A model generated the notes under the pieces. The model did not search any database. It was not told where the DNA came from and saw nothing but the letters and a program-made list of their open reading frames with translations. Positions 1-9,332 of a stretch of 64,000 nucleotides of DNA are shown one piece after another. The stretch lies in the IMG/VR virus record IMGVR_UViG_2778261689_000001, positions 38,553 to 102,552 of that record; one strand, given 5' to 3'. A program made the position numbers and the translations under genes. Position 1 is the first letter of the stretch, and every line of letters begins with the position of its first letter. The DNA is from a virus (Duplodnaviria > Heunggongvirae > Uroviricota > Caudoviricetes).

Positions 1-106
1 GTTACCCCAGCCTCACTAAAGGCGCAGGCCAGGTTGTAAGCCCACATTTCCGTATATGTTTTCACATCACTGATAGCTTCAAATTTTCGCCCAATGATCA
101 GGATGT

Positions 107-409
107 TCATTGCGTCTCCTTTTCCCTGACTAAAAGCTCATCCAGCTTGCTTTTATGTTTGAGCACATAGCCACATATTTTTCCTTTGGAGCTAATTTGC
201 GGAATGGAATAATATTCCGAAAATACTAATTCAGCCTTTTCTAAGACAAGTGAAACACCATAGCGCGCAACATGTCTGTCGATCATTTTTGCATCACTGA
301 GATTACCTTTAATTGATAGCCAGTCGTTGAGGTACATATGGTTGCGATTGGCTTTTTTCAGCATGTCGCTCAACCAATTTTTATTACGCTTAGTTAGTTT
401 CCGTTGCAT
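107..409 (-). CDS. Small hypothetical protein immediately downstream of the helicase gene (position of P1 dbn)
   Basis: ORF track 107..412; ATG at 409 overlaps the helicase stop (ATGA overlap, translational coupling). No recognisable motif. Confidence 0.45.
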   Translation of the reverse strand: MQRKLTKRNKNWLSDMLKKANRNHMYLNDWLSIKGNLSDAKMIDRHVARYGVSLVLEKAELVFSEYYSIPQISSKGKICGYVLKHKSKLDELLVREKETQ

Positions 410-1773
410 CAATAATCCTCTTGCCAGTCAGCACCAGCATAGTTATCAAACCGTGAGTATTGGCCGTTAAAAGCCAATCTCACCGTGCCAATTGGGCCAT
501 TTCGTTGCTTACCGATAATCACCTCGGCAATGCCCTTCATTTCGCTATCCGGGTGATAAACTTCGTCGCGATACAGAAACATGATCAGGTCTGCGTCCTG
601 CTCAATTGCTCCTGATTCACGTAAATCTGAATTTACCGGTCGTTTGTCCGCACGCTGTTCAAGTGAACGATTAAGTTGTGACAATGCCACCACCGGTACT
701 TGTAATTCCTTCGCCAAAGCCTTCAGTGAGCGAGAAATCTCGGCAATTTCCAGCGTTCGGTTATCTTGCAGCTCGGGGACGCGCATAAGTTGCAGGTAGT
801 CGATCATAATCATGCTCAAACCACCATTTTCTTTATAAACACGACGAGCGCGGGAACGAAGCTCTGTAGGTGTCAGGGCGCTTGAGTCATCAATAAAAAT
901 ATTTTGCTTGTCCAACAGAATCCCCATTGCGCCAGAAACCCGCGCCCAATCCTCGTCGTTAAGTTGCCCTGTTCGAATACGAGTCTGATCAACGCGTGCA
1001 AGAGAAGCCAGTGAGCGCATCATCAGCTGGTGGCTCGGCATCTCAAGGCTAAAAACCAATACGGGCTTATAGTTACGGACTGCGGCATTTTCGACGAGAT
1101 TCATCGCAAACGTGGTCTTCCCCATAGATGGGCGGGCGGCGACAATGATGAGATCGGACGGCTGAAGCCCTGCCGTCTTCTTATTGAGATCGGTAAATCC
1201 CGTATCAAGCCCCGTTACACCATCATGTGGTCGCTGAAACAACTCTTCTATGCGAGATACCGTTGCATCGAGAATGCTGGCGATATCTTTTGGACCACTA
1301 CCGCTCTTTTGTCGTTTTTCAGCTATTTCAAAAACGCGGCGCTCGGCCATATCCAGCAATTCATTGCTGCCCCTGCCATCCTGCGCATATCCAGCTTCGG
1401 CTATTTCATTTGCGACGGAAATCATTTCACGAACGACCGCGCGTTCACGAACGATATCCGCATAAGCACAAATATTTGCCGCGCTGGGCGTGTTCTTTGA
1501 CATCTCCGCAAGGTACGCAAAACCACCGGCGCGTTCTAATTTACCGTTCTGTTCAAGTGCTTCAGCAAGTGTTATCAAATCAATCGGTTTGCCATGACTT
1601 AATAACCTCTCCATCTCACTGAAAATTTCACGATGAGCACTGGTATAAAAATCATCAGCAACTATACGATCTGCAACTTCATCCCAGCGGCAGTTATCAA
1701 GCATTAAGCCACCAAGTACAGCTTGTTCTGCACTAAGGGAATTTGGCATGGATTCAAGAGGGGATGCAGACAT
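409..1773 (-). CDS. ban: DnaB-family replicative helicase (P1 Ban-like)
   Basis: N-terminus AEQAVLGGLMLDNCRWDEVADRIVADDFYT matches the DnaB N-terminal signature; Walker A ARPSMGKTTFA; length about 454 aa; GGAG RBS before the ATG at 1773. Confidence 0.9.
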   Translation of the reverse strand: MSASPLESMPNSLSAEQAVLGGLMLDNCRWDEVADRIVADDFYTSAHREIFSEMERLLSHGKPIDLITLAEALEQNGKLERAGGFAYLAEMSKNTPSAANICAYADIVRERAVVREMISVANEIAEAGYAQDGRGSNELLDMAERRVFEIAEKRQKSGSGPKDIASILDATVSRIEELFQRPHDGVTGLDTGFTDLNKKTAGLQPSDLIIVAARPSMGKTTFAMNLVENAAVRNYKPVLVFSLEMPSHQLMMRSLASLARVDQTRIRTGQLNDEDWARVSGAMGILLDKQNIFIDDSSALTPTELRSRARRVYKENGGLSMIMIDYLQLMRVPELQDNRTLEIAEISRSLKALAKELQVPVVALSQLNRSLEQRADKRPVNSDLRESGAIEQDADLIMFLYRDEVYHPDSEMKGIAEVIIGKQRNGPIGTVRLAFNGQYSRFDNYAGADWQEDY

Positions 1774-2059
1774 TAGCACTCCACCCAGGCGTGCTGAATG
1801 TCAGATATAATCGGCATACTCAAATCACTCCTAACGATATGAGTCATCACCAGAAAATCAGGATTAATGCGCCGGACTCTTCCCGGCTGTCACACCGAAT
1901 CGCCAGGATGGTGAATCCCTTTACCCGAGAAACAACAAACGGTGGCTTGCACATTCCGGCTACCTGGTTCGTTGCCTGAGCTAGGGGCAAGGTTCCCCCC
2001 TTTTAACGTCACCAGACCGCTAACGACGCATGTGCCAGACGCCGTGTTACAACCAAATA

Positions 2060-2135
2060 TGGTGGCCCCTACCGGACTTGAACCGGTGACCGTGCGATTA
2101 TGAGTCGCCAGCTCTAACCACTGAGCTAAAGGGCC
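2060..2135 (-). tRNA. tRNA with CAU anticodon (Met or Ile2/lysidine type), CCA encoded
   Basis: Minus-strand 76-nt cloverleaf: acceptor GGCCCTT/AGGGGCC, D-arm GCTC-AGTGGTTA-GAGC, anticodon loop CTCATAA, T-arm ACCGG-TTCAAGT-CCGGT, ACCA 3' end. One G-A mismatch at the base of the anticodon stem. Confidence 0.8.
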
Positions 2136-2138
2136 GGA

Positions 2139-2246
2139 TTACTGTTTCCTGAGTGCTTCTATGACGCCAGCAATACCGCCTACAACTATGCCAGCAATGA
2201 CAACGAGAACAATTGGATGCTTGTCAGCAAAATCCCAGAAGCCCAT
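2139..2246 (-). CDS. 35-aa hydrophobic peptide (MGFWDFADKHPIVLVVIAGIVVGGIAGVIEALRKQ)
   Basis: Hand-translated; start overlaps the upstream ORF stop (TGATG); single predicted TM helix; below the ORF-track size cut-off. Confidence 0.35.
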   Translation of the reverse strand: MGFWDFADKHPIVLVVIAGIVVGGIAGVIEALRKQ

Positions 2247-2410
2247 CACTGATCCTTAGAAGCTGTTTTTAATATCGGCCATACCAATGTTACAGCTACT
2301 GCCACCAACGCCCCGTCCGATAAAACTGACAGGATTGTGCTGGTGAAATCCACCAGCACGGACAGCAAGAGAAAACCAATGGCGATTGCGATACGTGCCT
2401 TGCTTGCCAT
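2246..2410 (-). CDS. 54-aa small membrane protein (MASKARIAIAIGFLLLSVLVDFTSTILSVLSDGALVAVAVTLVWPILKTASKDQ)
   Basis: Hand-translated; ATG overlaps the stop of the TerB-like gene (TAATG); hydrophobic; translationally coupled three-gene arrangement. Confidence 0.4.
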   Translation of the reverse strand: MASKARIAIAIGFLLLSVLVDFTSTILSVLSDGALVAVAVTLVWPILKTASKDQ

Positions 2411-2844
2411 TACAGATAATCTTCCACACGAAGACCTAAACGACGGCCTACTTCTTCCAGTACTTTGTGTTCTGCTGGCTCGATTTCACCGTCCGCTTCT
2501 GCAATTGTCAGCATGTTAACGAATACTTCTTCCGCTTCTTTTGGATCGTTTTTGATATCTTCAATTTCGCGAAGGATATTCATGCGACCAACACGGAAGC
2601 CAGCTTCCAGTTGCTCGGTAAAGCGGGTAATTGTTGCAGTAATTTCGTTACCAAAATGACTAAGACGCGGATTAGAGCGGACAAGCTGATCAAGTTTCGC
2701 TGTTTCTTCTTTTTCGATTTCACCATCAGCGGCAGACACCAACAAACAGCCACCGATGATGGCCTCCATCAGATCGCGATTCTCAACTTTTTTCAGCTCT
2801 ACTTTTGCAGAAGCGACTTTCTTGCCGAACAATTTACCGAACAT
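2410..2844 (-). CDS. TerB-domain protein (tellurite-resistance TerB family; resembles P1 TciA)
   Basis: 144 aa; paired acidic ADGEIE motifs (VSAADGEIEKEETAKL and IAEADGEIEPAEHKVLEEVGRRLGL) typical of TerB; first gene of a coupled operon ending at the CAU tRNA and ban. Confidence 0.7.
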   Translation of the reverse strand: MFGKLFGKKVASAKVELKKVENRDLMEAIIGGCLLVSAADGEIEKEETAKLDQLVRSNPRLSHFGNEITATITRFTEQLEAGFRVGRMNILREIEDIKNDPKEAEEVFVNMLTIAEADGEIEPAEHKVLEEVGRRLGLRVEDYL

Positions 2845-2868
2845 TGGTTATCCCTCAATAAAAGTGAC

Positions 2869-2885
2869 ATATTTATTAGATTGCG
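2869..2885. promoter_or_regulatory. Degenerate C1-operator-like site upstream of the TerB-like operon
   Basis: atatttattagattgcg: 12 of 17 matches to the aaatttattagagcaat motif found elsewhere in the window; lies 25 bp upstream of the TerB-like start. Confidence 0.3.
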
Positions 2886-2999
2886 GTGCCGAGTGCCTCC
2901 CGGTGACGTTAACCAGTTAACAATTAACGTCGGAATGTTTAACCATTAAGGAGGATTGTTTTAACTGTTCCGCGTGCGCTTAGCCGCATTCACCGCAAC

Positions 3000-3770
3000 G
3001 GAAAGAGCATTCCTGGTGGACCTGTAGATTGGGATATGAACCCGTTACAGGAGAATGCTCTTACCTGTTACGTGCTCCGTTTCGTGGAGCTAACGGCGGG
3101 TGATCGGGCCGCACCAGACTGGACTTATTTCAGCGTTATGCTCATGCCAGAGAATCAAACTGTGATGGTCGGTGCTGAACTCCGACACAGGGTTGTAGCA
3201 AGCCCCGCAAAGCGCGCACTACTGTAGTTGCGGCACATCAGCCTGTGCATTCACCACAATGTTGAGAACACTGGTTGTCACGCTGCAACGCAACATTTAT
3301 TCGTAGATTGGGATATGACCCCGTTACGCCAGTGTTCTCAACGTTGTAGTGCCGGTTACGGTTCCGGCCAGGCCTCTTCCTCAACGGGGTGTTCTCCATA
3401 CGGACTACCGTTTATTGGTCGTTCCTGCGGTTTATGTTGTGAAGCCAGATGCTTATCTTCTGGTTGCTTCAAAGAGCTGCACTTCATCACAACGGTAAGA
3501 GCACTCGATGCATTTAAGCCAAGCCCCATAAGGGAGAATGCCCTTACCTGTTGTGTTGTGATGACCGGTGCTGATCTCCGGCTTGCGGTTATTTCAGACT
3601 CTCACGGGCGTTTAATTGCCCCGCCGAACAGCTCTTTTCCGCAATAGCTGCAATGTCTTTCGCGCATCAGCCTGCGCATTCATCACAACGGTAAGGGTAC
3701 TTCGTAGGGATTCGAACCCTCTGCCAAGCTCGGCGATCTCCGACGTCGCAAAATACCCTTACCTGTTGTG
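3000..3770. repeat. Array of diverged tRNA-like hairpin repeat units
   Basis: At least four units (about 3003-3062, 3249-3345, 3481-3560, 3683-3770): long outer inverted repeat (e.g. CACAACGGTAAGGG...CCCTTACCTGTTGTG) enclosing a T-arm-like hairpin (minus strand GGGTTCATATCCC, GGGGTCATATCCC, AGGGTTCGAATCCCT). A fifth partial copy of the outer motif lies at 4196-4215. Confidence 0.5.
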
Positions 3771-3771
3771 C

Positions 3772-3847
3772 TGGTGCCGATTAACGGACTCGAACCGCTG
3801 ACATCCTGCTTACAAGGCAGGCGCTCTACCAACTGAGCTAAACCGGC
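3772..3847 (-). tRNA. tRNA-Thr (anticodon UGU), CCA encoded
   Basis: Minus-strand 76 nt: acceptor GCCGGTT/AATCGGC, D-arm GCTC-AGTTGGTA-GAGC, anticodon stem CCTGC/GCAGG with loop CTTGTAA, T-arm AGCGG-TTCGAGT-CCGTT, ACCA. Confidence 0.9.
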
Positions 3848-3849
3848 AT

Positions 3850-3925
3850 TGGCGATGGTGGATGGATTTGAACCATCGACCCGTTGATTAACAGTCAACC
3901 GCTCTAACCGCTGAGCTACACCATC
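3850..3925 (-). tRNA. tRNA-Asn (anticodon GUU), CCA encoded
   Basis: Minus-strand 76 nt: acceptor GATGGTG/CACCATC, anticodon stem GTTGA/TCAAC with loop CTGTTAA, T-arm GATGG-TTCAAAT-CCATC, GCCA 3' end. Confidence 0.9.
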
Positions 3926-4590
3926 ACTTGCCGGGTACGTCTCCGGCGAGGGCTTCCACCTCCGTATGCTTTTCGGCGCACCGCGCCCTGGCTGCAATTC
4001 GGTAACAGGGGATGCATAACCCTGGCTTCCAGCGTGATTAGCGCTTTCAGCATGACGGGATATACCCGTAAATTCGTGGAACTGTACCCAAAGTGCTGTT
4101 AAGCACCGCTGTTACGCTGAAAAGAAAACGCAACAGGAAAGGACGCTGACCAACAGATGGCCCCTTCTCGTTCATCTGGTTAATCACACCAGCGCCCTTA
4201 CCTGTTGTGTCTCCCCGTTCCCTAATACACAGACGGGGACACTCTGCGGTCGATTTTTTGACGGGGGACGACTCATACCCCGTGGCGTCTGGCTTCTTAG
4301 GCCGCTACCATCATCAGATCATCGTTTGCATTTACTTTAATGGTCAGTTTCTAAACCGCCGCAAAGTCGCTAACCATGACGAAAACCCTGAAAAAAAACG
4401 CCCACCCGAAGATGGGCAAACTGGAAGCTCGTAACGCACTTCGGAGTTGCCACTTAGGCGCATGGTCAACCTGGCAACTCGGTGGTTTGTCTGGGAGGAC
4501 TAGGCCCAGCCATGCTTACCGCCGCGCCTGTCGCGGCTAACAGCTAAATCGCTCTATAAATCACGATTCATTGAGGCTATATTACACTAA

Positions 4591-4607
4591 TAAATTTATT
4601 AGAGCAA
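4591..4607. promoter_or_regulatory. C1-repressor operator (exact 17-mer aaatttattagagcaat)
   Basis: Matches the P1 C1 operator consensus ATTGCTCTAATAAATTT (reverse orientation); overlaps the dmt stop and lies upstream of the minus-strand tRNA cluster; flanked by a partial inverted copy (actaataaattt). Confidence 0.6.
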
Positions 4608-6863
4608 TATACCTAAAACGTCATGAGCTACACCTCGAGTGTCCCCCTTACAAGACACAGAACGTCTGGCAAAAAGAGGTTCCACTCTGAAGCCACTGTC
4701 ATGATAAAGCTCTCTGATATTTGGCGCGCCACTGTTAGTAATGAGAACCTTTGCACCTCGACGATGAGCATCCGTCAACAGAGACACCAGGCGTTTTTGC
4801 TCTTCAAACTTAAAGTCATGACCGGAATAGTTCGTGAATCCCTCTGTATTTGGAAGCGGTTCATACGGCGGATCGCAAAAGATGACATCTCCTTCTCCGG
4901 CAGCTTCAATCACCGCTGCAAAATCACCGCATACAAACTCAGACCGCCCTTCCGCACCGAGGAAGGCTTCCATCTCCTGTAATGGGAAATACGGAGTTTT
5001 ATACTTCCCATAACCGACATTGAACTCACCGGCCTGGTTGTAACGCGTCAATCCGTTAAAACAATGTCGGTTCAGGAACAAAAACGCCGCTGCGCGATGT
5101 AAATCATCATAGACTTGTTTGTTAAACGCATTCCGTACTGCCAGGTATCCTTCCTGTGTGTTGTAGTCCTGGAAGAAACGATGTGCCAGAGTGATAAGTG
5201 AATGCGCCTCGCGTTGCAGAGTCTTGTAAAAGTTAATCAGGTCAGCATTCACATCATTTAGCAGATTTTCCTGGTATCCGGCATTCATGAAGACAGCTCC
5301 GCCACCAACGAAAGGTTCAATCAGGCGCTTCCCTTCTGGCAAATAGCGAAAGATTTGTTCCAGAACACCAAATTTTCCACCAGCCCATTTGAATATGGAC
5401 CGTTCGAATTCTGCCGCTGGTTTAACTTTTCGCTCTTTTGTTTTACTTCCTTCTTTCTGCCGACATACGGCCTTAGTAATCCGATCGCCAATCCAGCGCA
5501 TTACTGGTATTGCCATACTATTGCCGATCGCTTTGTAACGCGGTCCGTCAGCTGCAAGCATCGCGGCCTCTTCTTCGCTTAAATCTGGATAGTGATTGCG
5601 AAGATATGCCAGTTCATCTGAATTAACTTTTTTACGCTTTTCCGTCGGGATCAACGTATGCCCATCAGGAAAACCTTGCAGCCTTTCACATTCGACAGGG
5701 GTAAGACGGCGGACAGCTACTTCTGCGTTTCTTACTTCATAGCAAACAGCTGTTGGATTTTTAGCCATTAGAGATGGTGAAGTATTCTTAGTTGCAGCAT
5801 GTTGTGTACCGCTCATACGCTCAGGAAAAGCCAATGTAACAAGATGCTCATGGCTTTCTTGCTCACGTGCCCGCAATGTACCATGCCCTTCTGACCAAAA
5901 ACCTGCTCCTGTGCTGCTAAAAACGGCAAGGTCAGTGGCATCTTTAAAATCTCTTGCCTTTACTGTCGATGCGGTTTCATCGTCAATATATTCCCCAAAT
6001 GCTGCCATCCTGAAAGCGTTTACGGCTTTCGTCGATTTCATACCGGGTGGAATGTCAGCGTGTAGGCATGGATTTAGGCTTTCGCCACTGATTGCAGCGC
6101 CATTTGCAATAATGGCGGAAGCGATTTCCTTCTTTTTTCGGCTCGGCGCAATATCCCGGCGCACGCCTTCGAACTCAAAAAGTACCGTTGCGGGATCGAG
6201 GTCTGTTCGAGCACTTGCGACAACAAACACGCGTCGGCGTCGTTGTGCCACTCCGAAGTATTGGGCATCAAGGATTCTCCAGGCCACCTTTCGCTGCGGT
6301 CCATAAATACAACCACACTGCGGCCACTTTGGAGCATGGCAACCGGTTTTGCCATCCCACCGCCAGAACGCGTTACTTTTTCCTGATTCAGGTCGATCAC
6401 CTGGTTCAAATGGCGCATCTTCTCCAGCCAATCCGGCAAGGAAACATCCGAAGGCGTTATCTGCCGATGACAGGACTCCTGGGACATTTTCCCAGACGAT
6501 AACTGTCGGTTTGAGGAAGGACTCAGACCGTTTGTCGTCAATTGCATTTGCAAGCTCCACATACTTCAAAGTTAGCGCGCCGCGTTCATCATCAAGCCCA
6601 CCACGTAAGCCCGCGATACTGAATGCCTGACAAGGTGTTCCCCCGACGAGCACATCAGGGGATTCGATTTCCCCAGCCAGGACTTTTTTGGCAAGTTTTG
6701 TCATGTCGCCAAGGTTGGCGACATGGGGCCAGCGGTGCGCAAGAACGGCAGATGGAAAAGGCTCGATTTCAGCAAACCACGCCGGACGCATACCCAACGG
6801 TTCCCAGGCAATACTCGCGGCTTCAATTCCACTGCAAACAGATCCATAGCACAGCTCTTTCAC
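4599..6863 (-). CDS. dmt: Fused DNA methyltransferase: N-terminal C5-cytosine MTase plus C-terminal Dam-like N6-adenine MTase (P1 Dmt-like)
   Basis: 754 aa; N-terminal [23 protein letters not shown] (PCQ catalytic Cys) and ENVPG motifs; C-terminal CDPPYEP (DPPY) motif. Confidence 0.85.
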   Translation of the reverse strand: MKELCYGSVCSGIEAASIAWEPLGMRPAWFAEIEPFPSAVLAHRWPHVANLGDMTKLAKKVLAGEIESPDVLVGGTPCQAFSIAGLRGGLDDERGALTLKYVELANAIDDKRSESFLKPTVIVWENVPGVLSSADNAFGCFLAGLAGEDAPFEPGDRPESGKSNAFWRWDGKTGCHAPKWPQCGCIYGPQRKVAWRILDAQYFGVAQRRRRVFVVASARTDLDPATVLFEFEGVRRDIAPSRKKKEIASAIIANGAAISGESLNPCLHADIPPGMKSTKAVNAFRMAAFGEYIDDETASTVKARDFKDATDLAVFSSTGAGFWSEGHGTLRAREQESHEHLVTLAFPERMSGTQHAATKNTSPSLMAKNPTAVCYEVRNAEVAVRRLTPVECERLQGFPDGHTLIPTEKRKKVNSDELAYLRNHYPDLSEEEAAMLAADGPRYKAIGNSMAIPVMRWIGDRITKAVCRQKEGSKTKERKVKPAAEFERSIFKWAGGKFGVLEQIFRYLPEGKRLIEPFVGGGAVFMNAGYQENLLNDVNADLINFYKTLQREAHSLITLAHRFFQDYNTQEGYLAVRNAFNKQVYDDLHRAAAFLFLNRHCFNGLTRYNQAGEFNVGYGKYKTPYFPLQEMEAFLGAEGRSEFVCGDFAAVIEAAGEGDVIFCDPPYEPLPNTEGFTNYSGHDFKFEEQKRLVSLLTDAHRRGAKVLITNSGAPNIRELYHDSGFRVEPLFARRSVSCKGDTRGVAHDVLGILL

Positions 6864-7765
6864 TGCTTAGCCTCTCCACCAAGGGCATTTACCAGAGCAT
6901 CAACCAGGCACGAAATTTCACTGGTTAACAGGAAGAAATCTGCGTCCAGTCGCTGCGCAACATCTTCACTATCAATATCAGAGTTCTGCTCAAGCAATTC
7001 ATCCGCAAATTTGACGCTGGTAAGGCTGAAGTTATGGTCCAGTGTAAATTTAATGCGGTTCTGCCAGTCGAGTGCCAACTTAGTGACGAGCTTGCCAGCT
7101 TCCAGGTGTGTGGAAATTTCATCGCTTCCCAAATCCTGCTTTTTCACTCGGGCAATACCGCCATCCTCAAGCACTGCCTTAAGTTCTGCCGCATCCCCCA
7201 TTTGAAATCCCTGTGGAGCACTACCATCACGTACCCAGTCGGTCAGCGTTAATTCAATGGGATTTTCAACACTCAGGGGAACAACAGGAAGAGAACCAAG
7301 AGACTTACGCATAAGCGCGAGCATATCCTCTGCCTGCCGCGCGCTGGCATTGATATAGATACGTTTAGTTGAACCGTCGTAGATCGCCTGGATAACAGAA
7401 AACTTTGAAAAAGCCCGTGGCAGAAGAGAATGCAGAACTTCGTCTTTCAGGGAGTCCTTCTCTGTTTTCTTCAGTTTACGCGCTTGTTCTTGCTCAAGTT
7501 TTTCAATTTTTTCTTGAATAGCTCGCTGGATAACCGGCGGGGGAAGAATTTTTGTTTCGCGCTTTGCTTCAACAAGGATAAAACCATTTCCATGCATAGC
7601 GATAACTTCGGAATTATCACCAAATGGCGATACAAAACCGAACTTAGCCATATCCTGACTACCGCATGGCGTGAAAAGGATCATTTTCTTTTTATCTTCT
7701 AAGTCGGTCAGATCCGCCTCACGAGAAAGTTTATAAATAGTAATGTTTTTCCAGTGCTTAAACAT
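6860..7765 (-). CDS. hrdC: RdgC-like recombination-associated protein (P1 HrdC-like)
   Basis: Strong similarity to E. coli RdgC over the full length ([55 protein letters not shown]); start taken at the MFKHWKN ATG with an AAGGG RBS; 4-bp overlap with dmt. Confidence 0.8.
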   Translation of the reverse strand: MFKHWKNITIYKLSREADLTDLEDKKKMILFTPCGSQDMAKFGFVSPFGDNSEVIAMHGNGFILVEAKRETKILPPPVIQRAIQEKIEKLEQEQARKLKKTEKDSLKDEVLHSLLPRAFSKFSVIQAIYDGSTKRIYINASARQAEDMLALMRKSLGSLPVVPLSVENPIELTLTDWVRDGSAPQGFQMGDAAELKAVLEDGGIARVKKQDLGSDEISTHLEAGKLVTKLALDWQNRIKFTLDHNFSLTSVKFADELLEQNSDIDSEDVAQRLDADFFLLTSEISCLVDALVNALGGEAKQ

Positions 7766-8105
7766 GTTGTAACCCTTGAATATCAACCACAGAAAGCTCG
7801 TCTTTGTAGAAAAAGGCCAGGTTGTGGCACCCCCTCGTTTGAGCGTATGAGCTGGGACCAATTTCGTTCTTCCAGACAAATGGCTTCAAATCCGTACGGC
7901 GAAGCATAAAAACGCGATTTGTTCCGCTCTGATTCCCAATGAGGCAAAAGCCTTCTTTCACCTTGATAGCCTGCAAGTTGTCGAGTTCACCGCTGGTTAC
8001 ACGGCTATCGAACTCTTTGCGGCTTATTAGCTCCATCTGCATCTGACGACTCCAAACAAATGCCCATTGAAGGGCGATGGCTGAATGGTACCGAAAATAC
8101 GACAT
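7758..8105 (-). CDS. Hypothetical protein upstream of the RdgC-like gene (position of P1 uhr)
   Basis: ORF track 7758..8114; start uncertain (TTG at 8114 or ATG at 8105). Confidence 0.4.
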   Translation of the reverse strand: MSYFRYHSAIALQWAFVWSRQMQMELISRKEFDSRVTSGELDNLQAIKVKEGFCLIGNQSGTNRVFMLRRTDLKPFVWKNEIGPSSYAQTRGCHNLAFFYKDELSVVDIQGLQHV

Positions 8106-8113
8106 AAAAAACA

Positions 8114-8130
8114 ATATTTATTAGAGCAAT
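8114..8130. promoter_or_regulatory. C1-repressor operator (atatttattagagcaat, 16 of 17)
   Basis: Operator motif at the 5' end of the minus-strand uhr/hrdC/dmt gene string, in the divergent intergenic region. Confidence 0.55.
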
Positions 8131-8211
8131 TTTGCAATAGTTGAACTCCATGTAGACCACAAACAACCTGAATTAAAATAACGAAAATCAGAGCAAATAA
8201 TTGGTGATGAC

Positions 8212-8496
8212 GTGGCAAGTATTGCAACAAAAGACAGCATTTGTTCGGGGCACGGAGGATTCCCATCCAGGCCTCCTGTAGAGAGTGAACCACTACTTAA
8301 AGTCAACGGAGTCGAAGTGTTAGTTGATGGTAAGCAATATGCACAGCATACCGATGGAAACAGTACGCACGGTGGGCAAGCTATATCAACCAGGGCATGG
8401 TTTACCGTCAATGGTAAAGGGATCGTATGCGTTGGTGACCCTGTTTCATGCGGATCTACCGTAGCGTCCGGAGACGGCCTGGTTCAGGTAAGTTAG
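8212..8496 (+). CDS. Small Cys/Gly-rich protein with PAAR-like motifs (hypothetical)
   Basis: 94-aa ORF (GTG start uncertain); CSGHGG, VNG-x-VLVDG and GDPVSCGSTVASGDG resemble the repeated motifs of PAAR-like domains. Confidence 0.35.
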   Translation: MASIATKDSICSGHGGFPSRPPVESEPLLKVNGVEVLVDGKQYAQHTDGNSTHGGQAISTRAWFTVNGKGIVCVGDPVSCGSTVASGDGLVQVS

Positions 8497-8504
8497 GAGA
8501 TATC

Positions 8505-9293
8505 ATGCTGGAAAAAGACTACCAGTTATCCGCATATAAAAAATTGGCCGCCGCCGGTGGGATGAAAACACCTGGTGCCATAACATCGGCACGAAACAGT
8601 GCTAACACAGCAAAACTGCTTGCAGAAGAATTGACCGGATTAATTCTGGATACAATTGTCTATCCCGACACTATTACCAGCTATGTTTCAACGATCAGAA
8701 CAACCACAACCGGCTTAACGAACATTGGAGAACTGGCAACTAAGCACGCGGACCTGTTGGCTGGTTATGCAGATCTGTCAATGCTGCTTCAACTCGATAT
8801 TGGTTGGGATGTTTACTGCCGTGCTAATGAGCGAGAAGTTTCAGAACTGCCGATCTCTATTGCCATTGGTGATGTGAATATTACTAAATCGCTTGAGGAC
8901 GCTGTTAACGCGCTTAATACATCAAGTTTAGTCGCTGCAATGGGGGAGATTAACCAGACCCTTAACACTGGCTCAGGAAGCTCGCCAGGCTCTGGTTCAG
9001 GCGGCGGCACTGCCACTCCCCCACCAGCACTAACAGAAGAGCAAATTGAATCTCTGAAAGTAGCAACTGAACAGTTTGGGGTTGTTTTCAACCAGACAAC
9101 AGCGCCCACAACTGCGTTACAACAGCAGTATGAACGAGCGAATGAAAGCGCCAATGTAGCCATAACTGCTTATAACCATGCTATCGGTACTGCGCTTGCG
9201 GAAGCATCAGCAAATAAGGCCAGCACAGCCAGCGCAGTTGCTGCTTTGGTTCCTGATTCTGTTCTTGATGAATTAAACAAAGCGGCACAGTAA
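8505..9293 (+). CDS. Hypothetical Thr/Ala/Ser-rich protein
   Basis: ATG at 8505 with an AGGAGA RBS; low-complexity GSGSSPGSGSGGG linker; no recognised catalytic motif. Confidence 0.5.
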   Translation: MLEKDYQLSAYKKLAAAGGMKTPGAITSARNSANTAKLLAEELTGLILDTIVYPDTITSYVSTIRTTTTGLTNIGELATKHADLLAGYADLSMLLQLDIGWDVYCRANEREVSELPISIAIGDVNITKSLEDAVNALNTSSLVAAMGEINQTLNTGSGSSPGSGSGGGTATPPPALTEEQIESLKVATEQFGVVFNQTTAPTTALQQQYERANESANVAITAYNHAIGTALAEASANKASTASAVAALVPDSVLDELNKAAQ

Positions 9294-9332
9294 CAAAGGA
9301 CTTCATTGATAATTTTTCTTCAGGAGGAAGAC

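Noticed and set aside
581-1622. Plus-strand ORFs of 72-156 aa (581..799, 1030..1500, 1227..1622, 1250..1465) inside the helicase gene
   Set aside because: They lie antisense to a strongly supported DnaB-family gene and have no motifs or start signals; typical shadow ORFs.
3036-3997. ORFs in the tRNA region (3036..3227, 3228..3647, 3616..3801, 3683..3997)
   Set aside because: They overlap the tRNA genes and the structured repeat units on both strands; the region is far more consistent with RNA elements than with protein coding.
4207-4434. 75-aa ORF between dmt and the tRNA cluster
   Set aside because: No RBS, low-complexity translation, and it lies within the leader and hairpin region of the minus-strand tRNA transcript.
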